NCBI GenBank assembly: GCA_963666925.2
Contig: CAXXTC010000005.1
Location: forward strand, 1 to 64,000
Direction: 5' to 3'
DNA from: Phycisphaerae bacterium
GTDB taxonomy: Bacteria > Planctomycetota > Phycisphaerae > UBA1845 > Fen-1342
Length of the DNA stretch: 64,000 nucleotides
Below the pieces are notes generated by a model. It worked only from the letters and a program-made list of their open reading frames with translations. It was not told where the DNA came from and did not search any database. Shown one piece after another: positions 8,126-17,451 of this stretch. The stretch's first letter is position 1, and every line of letters begins with the position of its first letter. A program made the translations under genes and the position numbers.

Positions 8126-11100
8126 ATGTGCGTAAATGTTAGCAAACTGAGCGTGTTGGCGCTGCTGGGGCTAGTAAGTTGGAGTCCCACGGCGCGGGGA
8201 GATTCGGACTGCGGCGATTCGGTGCGCGTTCACGATCGACAACCGTGGGGGCGGGGCGGTTACGATCTGGGCCTCGGTCAGCTACGATGAGCAAACAAAG
8301 GTCCTGGACGTCGTGGCGTTGGCGTTCGATGCGATCACCGGCGACTATATAACCATCGGCCCGGCCACGTACGACCTGGCCCCGCTGCCGTATTCCGGGA
8401 ATCTGACGTATACGGGAACGCTGTGGGCGGCGCAGGTTGATCTGAGCGCTGACCCTCCCGCCGCGGGGCAGCACCCCGTGGCCATCACCATCCAACAAGC
8501 CAACGCGACCACGTGGTTCAACGTGGGCACTGCGATGGGGGTAATCACCGGACTCGTCAAAGAGGTCGACGCCAATCCGATCGTCGGTGCCGAGGTAACA
8601 CTCTACGACAGCTTGAACTTCCACGGCAGCGGTCCTCTACAGGCGCTCGATTCCACAACGACGGGGCCCGGCGGCGATTACGCCTTCAACGACGTAACGG
8701 CAGGGATGTACGTCGTGTTTGCCGAGGCGACCGGATACCTGTCGCTCGACCGTCCCGCGATCATGGACAGCGGCGAAACGCTGGTGATCGACTTCGTTCT
8801 GCCAAGTGAGCTGTCACTGGCCTGGCTCATGACCGCGATGCAGTCACTCCACGACCGGACGGTGGAGGCGATGGACGCCGAGACGTTGCTCATGCCCGAG
8901 ATCACCGAACAGGCGGCGGACGATCTCAACTACGAACTGGAAGACATGGGGTGGGACGTGGCAGGGGCGATCGGGGGTATTCTGAGTGGGGGCGCCAGCA
9001 TGGGCCCCGACGCCCTTGGCTGGATCGCGGAGCATGCCGCGCGGGAAACCATCGACGCGGTGGTCACACAATTGGTGGCGGAGGCGGCCCTTGAAACGTG
9101 CGTCTCGGTGATAATCGAGCAGGTGATTGTGACGCGCGGTGCGACTTACCTGCTACCCGAGGACGAGGAGCCCTGGCGCCGGTACGAGTACGAGGAACTG
9201 GTCCAGATTCCGGAAGGGCCCTATAGCGAAGGTGCTGGCGTGCTCCAGGCCAGCAACGACGAGTTTCAGCAGACGGCCATGCTGATTGAAGCTGATCCCA
9301 CATTTGACTTCGCAGCCGCGTGGCGGGCGATAGCGGCGCAGGAGCAAGTGATTCGCCGGATTGCCGACGGGCAGATGACGGCGTTTCTGCCGTTCCCTGA
9401 TCCCGACGATGGCATGAGCGGGGTCTCGCTCCCAATCGGCCGGCAGGCGTGGCTGATGAACCACGTCGTGCTTAACGTGTTAGGAGGAACAAGCAACGCG
9501 CTCACAACCATCCAGATCGGGGCCGGTGGTTTTGCCGTTGGGGCGGCGGTGACAGGAATTGGCTTGCCGGTCGCAGCCGTAGCAGGCACCGTAGCCGTGG
9601 CGGCCGGAATCACTAATACCGTTGTGGGCGTCGCAGAACTGCTCGCGCAATGGACTGCCACATTGACGTACGGCATGGTGGCCAAGAGCTGGTCACAGGA
9701 CATGCTGGCGCTGCCGACGCCGTACCTGAGAACACGCTCGTTCCTCGAGGCCCAGGCGGCGCAGCCGACGTACTTGCAAGCGGGTCGCACCTACTCTGCC
9801 ACGGCGAGCGTCGACCTGAACGCGGACCTATGGAACTGGATCTTCGTAGGGGCGCTCCCGTTTGCGTGGAAGACCGCTGACGCGGAGATCACGAACACGG
9901 GAAACACCACCTCGACGTTTCGGGTCGTCGCTACCGGCTGGTGGGACTACCACCTCCCTGGCGACTGGCCGTGGATCGGCGGTCTGTTCGGTGGCGTGAC
10001 GCTCATCAAGGTGCCGGTGAGCCTAATGGCTCTTGCCGGACCGTCGGCGACGACTCTGGGGCCGGGGCAAACCGCGATAGCTCAGGTGCCGTACATGGGC
10101 GTCTACTTAGACCCATTCAACATGTTCAGCCCGCACTGGCTCCAGGTGGATGTGTACTCCGGGCCATTCCTAGTGGCCACGCGGAGCGAACCGTTCTACG
10201 TGGTCAAAATCGGCCTGAAGCGCGACGGGTCTGATGGCGGCGAGCCTTCGGGTGGCTTCAACAGCACGTTCCTGTCCGCCAGGGGAACCGAGTTCGTGGA
10301 CGAACGCAATTCGGAGGAGTTCCTGCCGGTCATCACGACGCTCGCCGACACGATGCTCAGCCCGGACGATGCGGCGCTGGAGGTCCCGTTCACCGTCGAT
10401 GGGGAAGCCTGGTCCGCGGCGTTCCAGCTCGCGGCCCAACAGACGGCCGGCGTGTCCCTGCGGGTATACGACTCGGCTGGGCGGTGCGTGGGATACGACG
10501 TGAGCCGGGGCGGCGTGCAGACGGAGTTTCCGGGGACGTACACAGGCTCCGGGTCGCCCACGCAAGTGGTCGAGATCCCAGCCGCAGCGGGGTACACATA
10601 TACGGTCCAGGCGGTCTTGGACGGCATCGAATCGGAAGAACCGGTTGGTGTCCAGATTTGGGCACTGGAAACACCAACGCGCCCGGCAGTGATGTCGGTC
10701 ATGCCAGCCGAGTTTCTCCGGACGGCCTACCCCCGCGAGGAGCTCTCCGTTCCGGTGACCGTGGGCGAGTCGGGAGGGCAGGTTCCACTCGACGACGTGA
10801 CCATCACGATTGGGACCATCGCCGGGCTAGACGAAACGGCGTTGGTTCTCACATCGTGGGATGAATACTCGTTCGCGTCGATCCCGGCGGGGCGTTCAAA
10901 CGGCGTGAATTTCAGCCTCGCCGTTCCGCAGGACGCGCCCGTTGGCACATATACCGGGGCCGTCACGATCGTGTCGGCGAACGCCGGCACGCAAGTCGTT
11001 GAGGTTGAGATCGAGGTTGTACCGCTGGGCGACTTCGACAGCGACGGTGAGATCGACCTGGTCGACTTCAACAGGTTCGCCGATTGCTTGGCCGGGCCCG

Positions 11101-11228
11101 GCGTCTACGACCCGCCGCCAGGCTGCGATCCGCTCGACTTCGTCATCGCCGACCTGGACGGCGATGAAGACGTCGACCTGGCCGACTTCGCCAGCTTCCA
11201 GCGGGCATTCGCAGGAGGATCGCGGTAG
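8126..11228 (+). CDS. large secreted protein: carboxypeptidase-regulatory-like domain, hydrophobic Gly/Ala-rich central region, Ig-like domains, C-terminal dockerin-like repeat; the signal peptide (8126) is separated from the main ORF (8313-11228) by a probable frameshift
   Basis: GGAGG then MCVNVSKLSVLALLGLVSWSPTARG; ITGLVKEVDANPIVGAEVTL..TTTGPGGDYAF; GDFDSDGEIDLVDF..ADLDGDEDVDLADFASFQ. Confidence 0.8.
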
Positions 11229-12467
11229 CGTTGCAGCTTGAGAATCCGGTGATCCATAAATGCTCCAACGAAAAAGCGTCCAAGACGTGCGTCGAAGTGC
11301 GTCGCTGTGCGACCGCCTGATGTCACAAGCCGCTATTTCGCAGGCATTTGCGGCCGGCATCGCGGTTGACGCTTCGGAAACGCGTATCGTCCCAGACTCT
11401 CCCCCCCTCTCCGTTTTACTTTGCGCCTGTTCGCGCAGAGTTGTTCCCTGTAACACTTTAGGATCATCAGGCGCTTGAACAGCGCCGCCCCTGTCGTTGC
11501 GCCGAGTCGCACTGGTTTGGGACGTATTTGCGCAGCAATGGGCGGGGTTAAAGGCGGGGGTATCAGAAGCCTCGACGCCAACATCATCGGTCCCTGTGGC
11601 GCGGAGCGCTTCTCGCTCGCTCCCCGGCCGGTCCCACCGGGGCAGCGTTTGCAAAGCGCCCGCAAGATCGTATACGCCGAGCTTTGTGTAGAGCTTCAAC
11701 GTCAGCCGCGGATCACTGTGCCGCGCCAGCTCCTGCACTTCTTTCACAGACGCACCACCCTGCACCAGTAACGTCACGTAGGACGCTCTGAGGCTGTGGA
11801 AATCGGCAACCCGACCATCGGCATCACGCACCCGCAGAAAATCGCTTTTGCGCCGCCCGCGCCGCTCTGCGCGCCCTTTTACGGCCTTGACCCATCGCGC
11901 GTGAGCGCGTCGCAAGTCGGCCCTTACCATGCGCGCCCCGTGCTTGTACCAGCGCGTCGGCCATAGCGCCACGTCGCCGGACCGATCACCCATCCACGCC
12001 TTTAGCAGCTCGGCCAGCTCAACGGTAATCCGCTGCCGATCGCTGCGACGGCGCTTTGAACGCCGAGCTTCCAGGACGATAGCGGGCAGCGTCCCGTCCA
12101 ACTCCAGGCTCCGCGGCGTAAGGCTCCTCAACTCCGAAGCACGGAATCCCGTTCCCGCAGCGGTACGGTACAACATCGCCCGATCAGGTCCGCTCAGACC
12201 CTCAGCCTCTGGGCCGGCCTCAACAGCTTCAACGAGCAGGCGGAGTTCATCGGCACTCAATGCACGCCGCTCATACTGCCGGTCGGCTTCCGCGTTGTAC
12301 CCGGACAGGTGGGCCAACGGATCATCGCGCAGCCGGCTATCACGCTTGAGCCATCGTGAGAATTGCTTCACAGCGCGCAGGTAGTGCTGTCGGGTTTGCA
12401 GGCTCAAAGCCCCACCGCGCAGGCTCCCGATAGCGGCCTGGATTGCCGACGCCGTTAGCTCACTCAA
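10896..12467 (-). CDS. phage-type tyrosine integrase, N-terminally truncated; the catalytic domain ends near 11620 and the rest is read-through
   Basis: TGFRASEL (R), RSKRR (K), DFHSLRASY (HxxR), LARHSDPRLTLKLY (H, Y). Confidence 0.9.
   Translation of the reverse strand: MSELTASAIQAAIGSLRGGALSLQTRQHYLRAVKQFSRWLKRDSRLRDDPLAHLSGYNAEADRQYERRALSADELRLLVEAVEAGPEAEGLSGPDRAMLYRTAAGTGFRASELRSLTPRSLELDGTLPAIVLEARRSKRRRSDRQRITVELAELLKAWMGDRSGDVALWPTRWYKHGARMVRADLRRAHARWVKAVKGRAERRGRRKSDFLRVRDADGRVADFHSLRASYVTLLVQGGASVKEVQELARHSDPRLTLKLYTKLGVYDLAGALQTLPRWDRPGSEREALRATGTDDVGVEASDTPAFNPAHCCANTSQTSATRRNDRGGAVQAPDDPKVLQGTTLREQAQSKTERGGESGTIRVSEASTAMPAANACEIAACDIRRSHSDALRRTSWTLFRWSIYGSPDSQAATLPRSSCECPLEAGEVGQVDVFIAVQVGDDEVERIAAWRRVVDAGPGQAIGEPVEVDQVDLTVAVEVAQRYNLDLNLNDLRAGVRRHDRDGPGICANGRVLRNGEAEIHAV
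11287..11562. mobile_element. putative att site: tRNA-Ser 3'-end-like core (11400-11413) flanked by arm-type direct repeats
   Basis: TCCCCCCCTCTCCG core; GTGCGTCG/GTGCGTCG/GTGCGACC at 10-bp period (11287, 11297, 11307); GGCGGGG.TA twice (11541, 11553); lies at the integrase 3' end. Confidence 0.55.
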
Positions 12468-12521
12468 CCGGCGTTACCTTGCTGATTCCGAACATGGGCA
12501 CGTCCTCCCGTCCCACAAGAC

Positions 12522-12998
12522 TCACGACTCGGTGAGATTCAGCGACAATCGCAGACGTTCGCCACGCTCGTCGACGAGACGGCAGACGTTGATCGACTCG
12601 ATACCCTCGATAGGCCCACGTGGCCACACGCCACACTCGCCAGTCTCTGTGACGCCCGCACCCTCTGCCACTCCGCGCACGATGTCAATCGTCACCGGCA
12701 AGGGCGGGGAACACATGTCATACGCCTTGCCGTCAATCACATACTCCAACCGATTCTCAAGATAATGCACATCAATGTATTCGGCTCGATCAGTGATAGC
12801 TTGAAGCAATATCGCGGCGAACATCTGCGCCGCCGTGTCGTCCTTGCCAAGCAGAACGGCCAACGGCAACTTCGTCGGCTGCTCTCGGCTGCTGAGCCCC
12901 TGCTCGATATCCGTTTCGGCGCGCAACTCTCGAATCCATCGAGTCGTCATTCGTACAAACCGTGTGGTCATGGCAGCACTATCCTCGCACAGGACCAT
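12522..12998 (-). CDS. hypothetical protein downstream of an Rhs tip (candidate immunity protein) with a PilB/GspE N2-like segment
   Basis: GAGGG RBS, 14 bp after the Rhs-tip stop; ILLQAITDRAEYIDVHY..LEYVIDGKAYDMCSPP. Confidence 0.55.
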   Translation of the reverse strand: MVLCEDSAAMTTRFVRMTTRWIRELRAETDIEQGLSSREQPTKLPLAVLLGKDDTAAQMFAAILLQAITDRAEYIDVHYLENRLEYVIDGKAYDMCSPPLPVTIDIVRGVAEGAGVTETGECGVWPRGPIEGIESINVCRLVDERGERLRLSLNLTES

Positions 12999-13012
12999 TG
13001 TATCCCTCGGAA

Positions 13013-13405
13013 CTAATCGAAGTAGATAGGCCCACCACCATTGTAATCCGTGGGCCAGACATTCTTCCCGTTTGGACCGTACGGCTTGTTCGGGGCGCCT
13101 CGCCACGTCTTAGGTGGTTTTGGCTTCTTCAGAGACTTCACAATAGCAACGACAACGCATCTGGCAGCGAAATACCCCCCGGCGCCAACGACCACGGACA
13201 CCGTCGTGGCAGTCGTAACGACGACGGTGTCCGAAAGGCCGGCAATGTCACGATCACTCCAGCCGAAGCGTTTATACCCCCATATCCAACCATGGGCGAC
13301 ACCGTTAGTAACCGGGTTTGTCCAGTCGTCACCTATCAGCAGCCCGCTCGGATCCACGGCGGTCATCGGCTGACCGCCGCAGTAGGCATACACATTCGGT
13401 CCGCC
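13013..13405 (-). CDS. Rhs core end plus C-terminal toxin tip (fragment)
   Basis: GPNVYAYCGGQPMTAVDPSGL is the Rhs core-terminal PxxxxDPxGL motif. Confidence 0.75.
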   Translation of the reverse strand, partial: GGPNVYAYCGGQPMTAVDPSGLLIGDDWTNPVTNGVAHGWIWGYKRFGWSDRDIAGLSDTVVVTTATTVSVVVGAGGYFAARCVVVAIVKSLKKPKPPKTWRGAPNKPYGPNGKNVWPTDYNGGGPIYFD

Positions 13406-13407
13406 GC

Positions 13408-14313
13408 GGAGGCCGCTGGCTCCAGCGCGACCCCCTCGGCTACATCGACGGCCCGAATCTGTACGAATACGTCCGCTCGGCCCCGACAGTCCTCGTCGAC
13501 CCGCTGGGGCTCATGCCGCCGGGCGGGTACCCACCCTACGCTCCGTCTCCCGGCGGAGATGACGACGGCGGTGGCTCCGGCGACGAAGGTGGTTCAGAAG
13601 CCGGCCCGTGCGGTGATGGCGGGGAGGTGGACCAGCCGCCGGAGTGGCAAGGGGCACGCGAGGAGGCGTTGCTATTGCTGAAACAGCTACTTGCCTCGGA
13701 ACAAGCGCAACTTGATGTAATCATGAGGTGGCGGATATCCATGCTCATCGGGATGATGGCGGAGGACCATGCACGCTGGCGTGCTGGCATACAGGATTTT
13801 CTAGATCACTATTACTCTGCTGATCTGAATCCTGAGGCCGACTATCCGGAATATCACTCCGAAGGCCCGATTGAGGACTTTGCGAAGGACTGTTTCTGGA
13901 GGGTCATTCACAGTGACGAAGTTCTTGCGGAGATGTCCGACACGCGTATAGTGGTGGAGTCAGTGGGAGTGTCGATTGTCGGAGGGGTTACGATCTACGT
14001 CACGGTTAAGTACATCATCAAGAAGGCTATCGGGCGCATCGCCCCAAAGGGGGGAGGAGGCGAGAGCGCAGCCGCTGCACGAGGTCGAGCCGCTCATAAG
14101 GAGTTTGCCGAGCAAGTCAAAGCCAAACCAGGATGGCAATCGGAACAGAGAATCCCCGGAACGAAGCTTCGTCCGGACGCGATTGACCCCAAGGGCCGTC
14201 CTGTTGAACTGAAACCCAACACGCCATCTGGACGCGCTCGAAGCGCAAGGCACATTCAGGTGTACAAAGACGCGACGGATACGAACGGGCGCGTGACCTA
14301 CTATGACCCTTGA
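13408..14313 (+). CDS. Rhs core end plus C-terminal PD-(D/E)XK nuclease-like toxin; 5'-truncated
   Basis: GRWLQRDPLGYIDGPNLYEYVRSAPTVLVDPLGL; C-terminal GRAAH..RPDAID..VELKP..QVY. Confidence 0.85.
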   Translation, partial: GGRWLQRDPLGYIDGPNLYEYVRSAPTVLVDPLGLMPPGGYPPYAPSPGGDDDGGGSGDEGGSEAGPCGDGGEVDQPPEWQGAREEALLLLKQLLASEQAQLDVIMRWRISMLIGMMAEDHARWRAGIQDFLDHYYSADLNPEADYPEYHSEGPIEDFAKDCFWRVIHSDEVLAEMSDTRIVVESVGVSIVGGVTIYVTVKYIIKKAIGRIAPKGGGGESAAAARGRAAHKEFAEQVKAKPGWQSEQRIPGTKLRPDAIDPKGRPVELKPNTPSGRARSARHIQVYKDATDTNGRVTYYDP

Positions 14314-14344
14314 TAGTGTTCATAGAACTAAAGGAGATCGAACT

Positions 14345-14980
14345 ATGCGACACTCAGAAGGGGCAAAAGCTATGCTTGCCTCCATAGTAAATGAATACGT
14401 TGCCCCGTTGCTGTTATCCAAGGGTTTCCGCCGATCCAAACTTGTCTGGAACCGACGATTGGATGGCATGACGCATGTGCTCGACATTCAGCGGAGCAAG
14501 TGGAGCGATGCAGAGAGTACCAGCTTCACGGTGAATCTTGGAGTCTGGATCGAGCATCTATGGCGAATATACTGGGACAAGACGAAGCCTCCCACGACGA
14601 TCCGAGAGAGTGAATGTTTTCCGAGTGTGCGAGTTGGGCAGTTGTTGGGCGAAGGTCCGCTTCATAAGGATGTGTGGTGGACGATTAAGGATCCCAACGA
14701 CGTGAGTGCTGTCGGATATGAGCTACGAGATATTCTCGCGACCAAGTGCATTCCGTTCCTGGACAAACTCGATTCTATTGATGCGGTGTTGACTGCTGTG
14801 GAAGATCCTATGCTCCGCAGGTTCCCTGGTGGACGTTTGTCCTATGCAGTCCTGAACTTCTTGGCGGGCCAGCGCGCCGAGGCCACGGAAATCCTGGCCG
14901 AGATGTTGGCGATTCCGAAGTTGAAGGCTTGGCATGACCGGATACGGGGAGTCTCCGAACGGCTTGCCAGCATGACGTAA
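14345..14980 (+). CDS. DUF4304-like putative immunity protein
   Basis: AAGGAG RBS; APLLLSKGFRR..LDIQRSKWS..FTVNLGV; directly follows the toxin. Confidence 0.75.
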   Translation: MRHSEGAKAMLASIVNEYVAPLLLSKGFRRSKLVWNRRLDGMTHVLDIQRSKWSDAESTSFTVNLGVWIEHLWRIYWDKTKPPTTIRESECFPSVRVGQLLGEGPLHKDVWWTIKDPNDVSAVGYELRDILATKCIPFLDKLDSIDAVLTAVEDPMLRRFPGGRLSYAVLNFLAGQRAEATEILAEMLAIPKLKAWHDRIRGVSERLASMT

Positions 14981-15004
14981 TCCTCATCGTGCGAAAAGAT
15001 GAAC

Positions 15005-15043
15005 ACCGGGCGGCTTGACCTTGCTGAGGTCTGGCCGCCCGGT
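15005..15043. other. stable hairpin after the immunity gene (terminator-like or RNA-stabilising)
   Basis: ACCGGGCGGC-tt-GACCT-tgctg-AGGTC-tg-GCCGCCCGGT. Confidence 0.4.
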
Positions 15044-15109
15044 TGCGTTCCCGCTCGGAAAATCTCCTTCAAAATCTCTCCTTCCCCTTGATCCCACCTG
15101 CCGCCCATG

Positions 15110-15425
15110 GTGGCGGGTGCAGACGTTTGACTATACGCAGACCAACGAGCTCTGCCCCGACGCGTCCGATAGTGCTCCGCTGATCACCCGGCACGTGTAT
15201 GCCGGCGGGTTCGAGCCGGTGGCTGAGTACGTCTGGTGCGACTACTCCGGGCCGGGCGGCACCGGCGATTGGGTTCTGGCCCGCGAGTTTGTCTGGGGCG
15301 AGCGGTTCCCCGAGCCGGTGGCCATGATCGATTACACCGATCTCGGCGACGTGTCGGCCGGGACGCCGGAGGTGCTGCACTACGTCCACGACGCGCTCGG
15401 CAACGTGGTCGGCCTGACCGACGCC
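15110..15425 (+). pseudogene. internal Rhs core fragment
   Basis: REFVWGERFPEPVAM..LHYVHDALGNVVGLTDA. Confidence 0.75.
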
Positions 15426-15482
15426 CCCACCCCGGCCTCATTCTCGTCAAGCTTAACCACCCCCCGGCCGATGCTGACGCTG

Positions 15483-16475
15483 ATGCACTCTCAGGCCGCC
15501 ACCAGCGTTGCGCTCCCAACATCCATAGACAACCCGCTCGCTCCGCCGCACGGCCGCACTTCTTATCGCAACTTCATCATCCCCACGCTGGCCGACGCGC
15601 TCTTTCTTATCATCCTGCTCCGCCTCCTCCAGCTCGGGTCGGCCGCGTTCTTCAACGACCCCGGCACCGGCTGGCACATTCAAACGGGCGATAACATCAT
15701 CGCCACCCATGCCGTACCCACTGCCGACGCCTACAGCTTCACCCGACACGGGCAGCCCTGGGTCCAGACCCAATGGCTCGGCGACGTGCTCATGGCACTC
15801 GCGGGCCGAACCGCCGGATACCCCCTCATCGCCCTGCTCACCGCCATCAGCCTCGCGCTGCTCTTCCGCTCGGTTTATCGGGCCCACGTCAGCGCCGGCG
15901 GCTGGCCAACCGTCGCCCTGCTCATCACCCTGCTCGCCACCGGTGCCGCCAGCGGCCACTTCCTCGCCCGCCCGCTCATCGCCACCACCGTCGGCCTGCC
16001 GCTCTGCTTCTGGTGGGCCACCCAATACGCCCGCGGCCAAATCAGCACCAGACAAGCCTGGCTGCTCGTGCCAATCGCCGCCCTGTGGGCCAACCTCCAC
16101 CCGGGCGTCCTCGGCGGAATCGCCACCGTCGGACTCACCAGCGTCGGCCTGCTCATCTCGGCCACGTTCACCCGCGACCATCGCCGCGGCGCCGCCAAAC
16201 GCGCCCTCACACTGCTCGCCATCAGCCTCGCGATGGGGGCGGCCACGCTGATCAATCCCTACGGCCTCGGCTGGCACCGCTGGATCGCGAGCCTCACCGC
16301 GCTAACCGCGTTGCCCCATTACGTCGACGAATGGCAGCCGCCCGTCTGGACCGACCCCGACTGCATCGCCGCCGGACTGCTGCTCACGCTCGCCACACTG
16401 ACGCTCCTGGTCCGCCGCCGGGGCATCAACCTCTCCGAAGCACTCGTCCTGACATTCTGGCTCGCGCAGGCCGCC
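15483..16475 (+). CDS. polytopic membrane protein, GT-C glycosyltransferase-like; 3'-truncated
   Basis: NDPGTGWHIQTG..P..DAYSFT..GQPW..QWL, LWANLHPG, INPYG, EWQP; many TM helices; start approximate. Confidence 0.65.
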
Positions 16476-16477
16476 CA

Positions 16478-16779
16478 TGAATCCGCCGACGGTTGTTGCG
16501 GAACGCCCGCTCTTGCTCGGCCGGCTTGTCGATCCACACACGCTGCTGCGATTCGTCCTTCTCGGCCATGTACGTACGAATGCCCCACTCGGCACACTGC
16601 GTCAACGTCGCATTGCTGTGATACCCGCTGTCCGTCGCCAGAGCCTGCAATTCGGCGTCGCTGCCCGCCCGCATCAGGTTCACCTGCGCCGCAACCAGCG
16701 TCTGCGGCAGACTCTCCGGATCGCCACAGTCCCCCGGCTGCCGGCCGGCGACGCCTGCTATCCGCAATCGGACCATCAA
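16478..16779 (-). mobile_element. DDE transposase fragment (IS1182-like)
   Basis: LATDSGYHSNATL..WGIRTYMAE..RAFRNNRRR. Confidence 0.65.
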
Positions 16780-16804
16780 GTTATCGGTCTATGTCGCGAG
16801 CGAT

Positions 16805-17416
16805 TCAGGCTGGTTTCTCGAACGTTTGCATATAGAAATGCTCCCCCACCCGCACGAGCACCCTCGGCGTCAGCGGGATCCGCCCACACAACTCCTCGGG
16901 AGAGAATCGCAGTTCCAAAGACGGCCCCATCGGAGTCGGACGCTTGTCGATCTCGACGATGGCCAGCCTGCCCCCCGGCCTCAGCAGACGAGCCACCTCG
17001 TCACCAAAGCTACGCATCTGCTCAGATGTGAAACCATGCACAACCGTAGACAGGTAGATCAGATCGATCGACGCGTCCGCCAGCGGCGTGGTGACCGTGA
17101 TATCACCCACGAACGCCCGGATGTTGCTGCCAACGACCTCACTGCGCAGCGTGGCGATGGCCTCTTCATGCGGATCGAGCGCATGCACTATCCCGGTCTC
17201 GCCCACCGCGGCCGCGAACGCCTTGGACATGTATCCATTGCCGCAGCCGGCGTCCAGGATCGTCTGCCCCGGGCGGATCTCCAACGCCGCCAGTATTGCC
17301 GCCTGATCCAGCAAATGCGCCGACGATCGGCCGCCGTGGTGATGGTGATGTGCCGCAGCCCCGTCGCGGGCAGACTCGCTCATATCAGTCGATTCCTCAT
17401 CCGCCCCGTCGTTCAT
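16805..17416 (-). CDS. class I SAM-dependent methyltransferase with an N-terminal His tract
   Basis: ILDAGCGNG, LRPGGRLAIVE; GAAGGAGGG RBS before the ATG at 17416. Confidence 0.85.
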   Translation of the reverse strand: MNDGADEESTDMSESARDGAAAHHHHHGGRSSAHLLDQAAILAALEIRPGQTILDAGCGNGYMSKAFAAAVGETGIVHALDPHEEAIATLRSEVVGSNIRAFVGDITVTTPLADASIDLIYLSTVVHGFTSEQMRSFGDEVARLLRPGGRLAIVEIDKRPTPMGPSLELRFSPEELCGRIPLTPRVLVRVGEHFYMQTFEKPA

Positions 17417-17451
17417 GCTGATCCCTCCTTCGGAAAACAATACGCACCAGA

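Noticed and set aside
7671..8135. ORFs overlapping the TR (154 aa, 108 aa, 167 aa)
   Set aside because: These are read-through of the frameshifted RT end or shadow frames over a region expected to act as RNA
11340..11416. Complete tRNA-Ser gene
   Set aside because: Only the last ~14 nt match; there is no TTCGA T-loop, anticodon arm or 5' acceptor strand
15015..16835. 606-aa ORF that looks like an Rhs-membrane protein fusion
   Set aside because: It is a chance in-frame join of an Rhs fragment, a truncated membrane protein and the antisense of a transposase fragment
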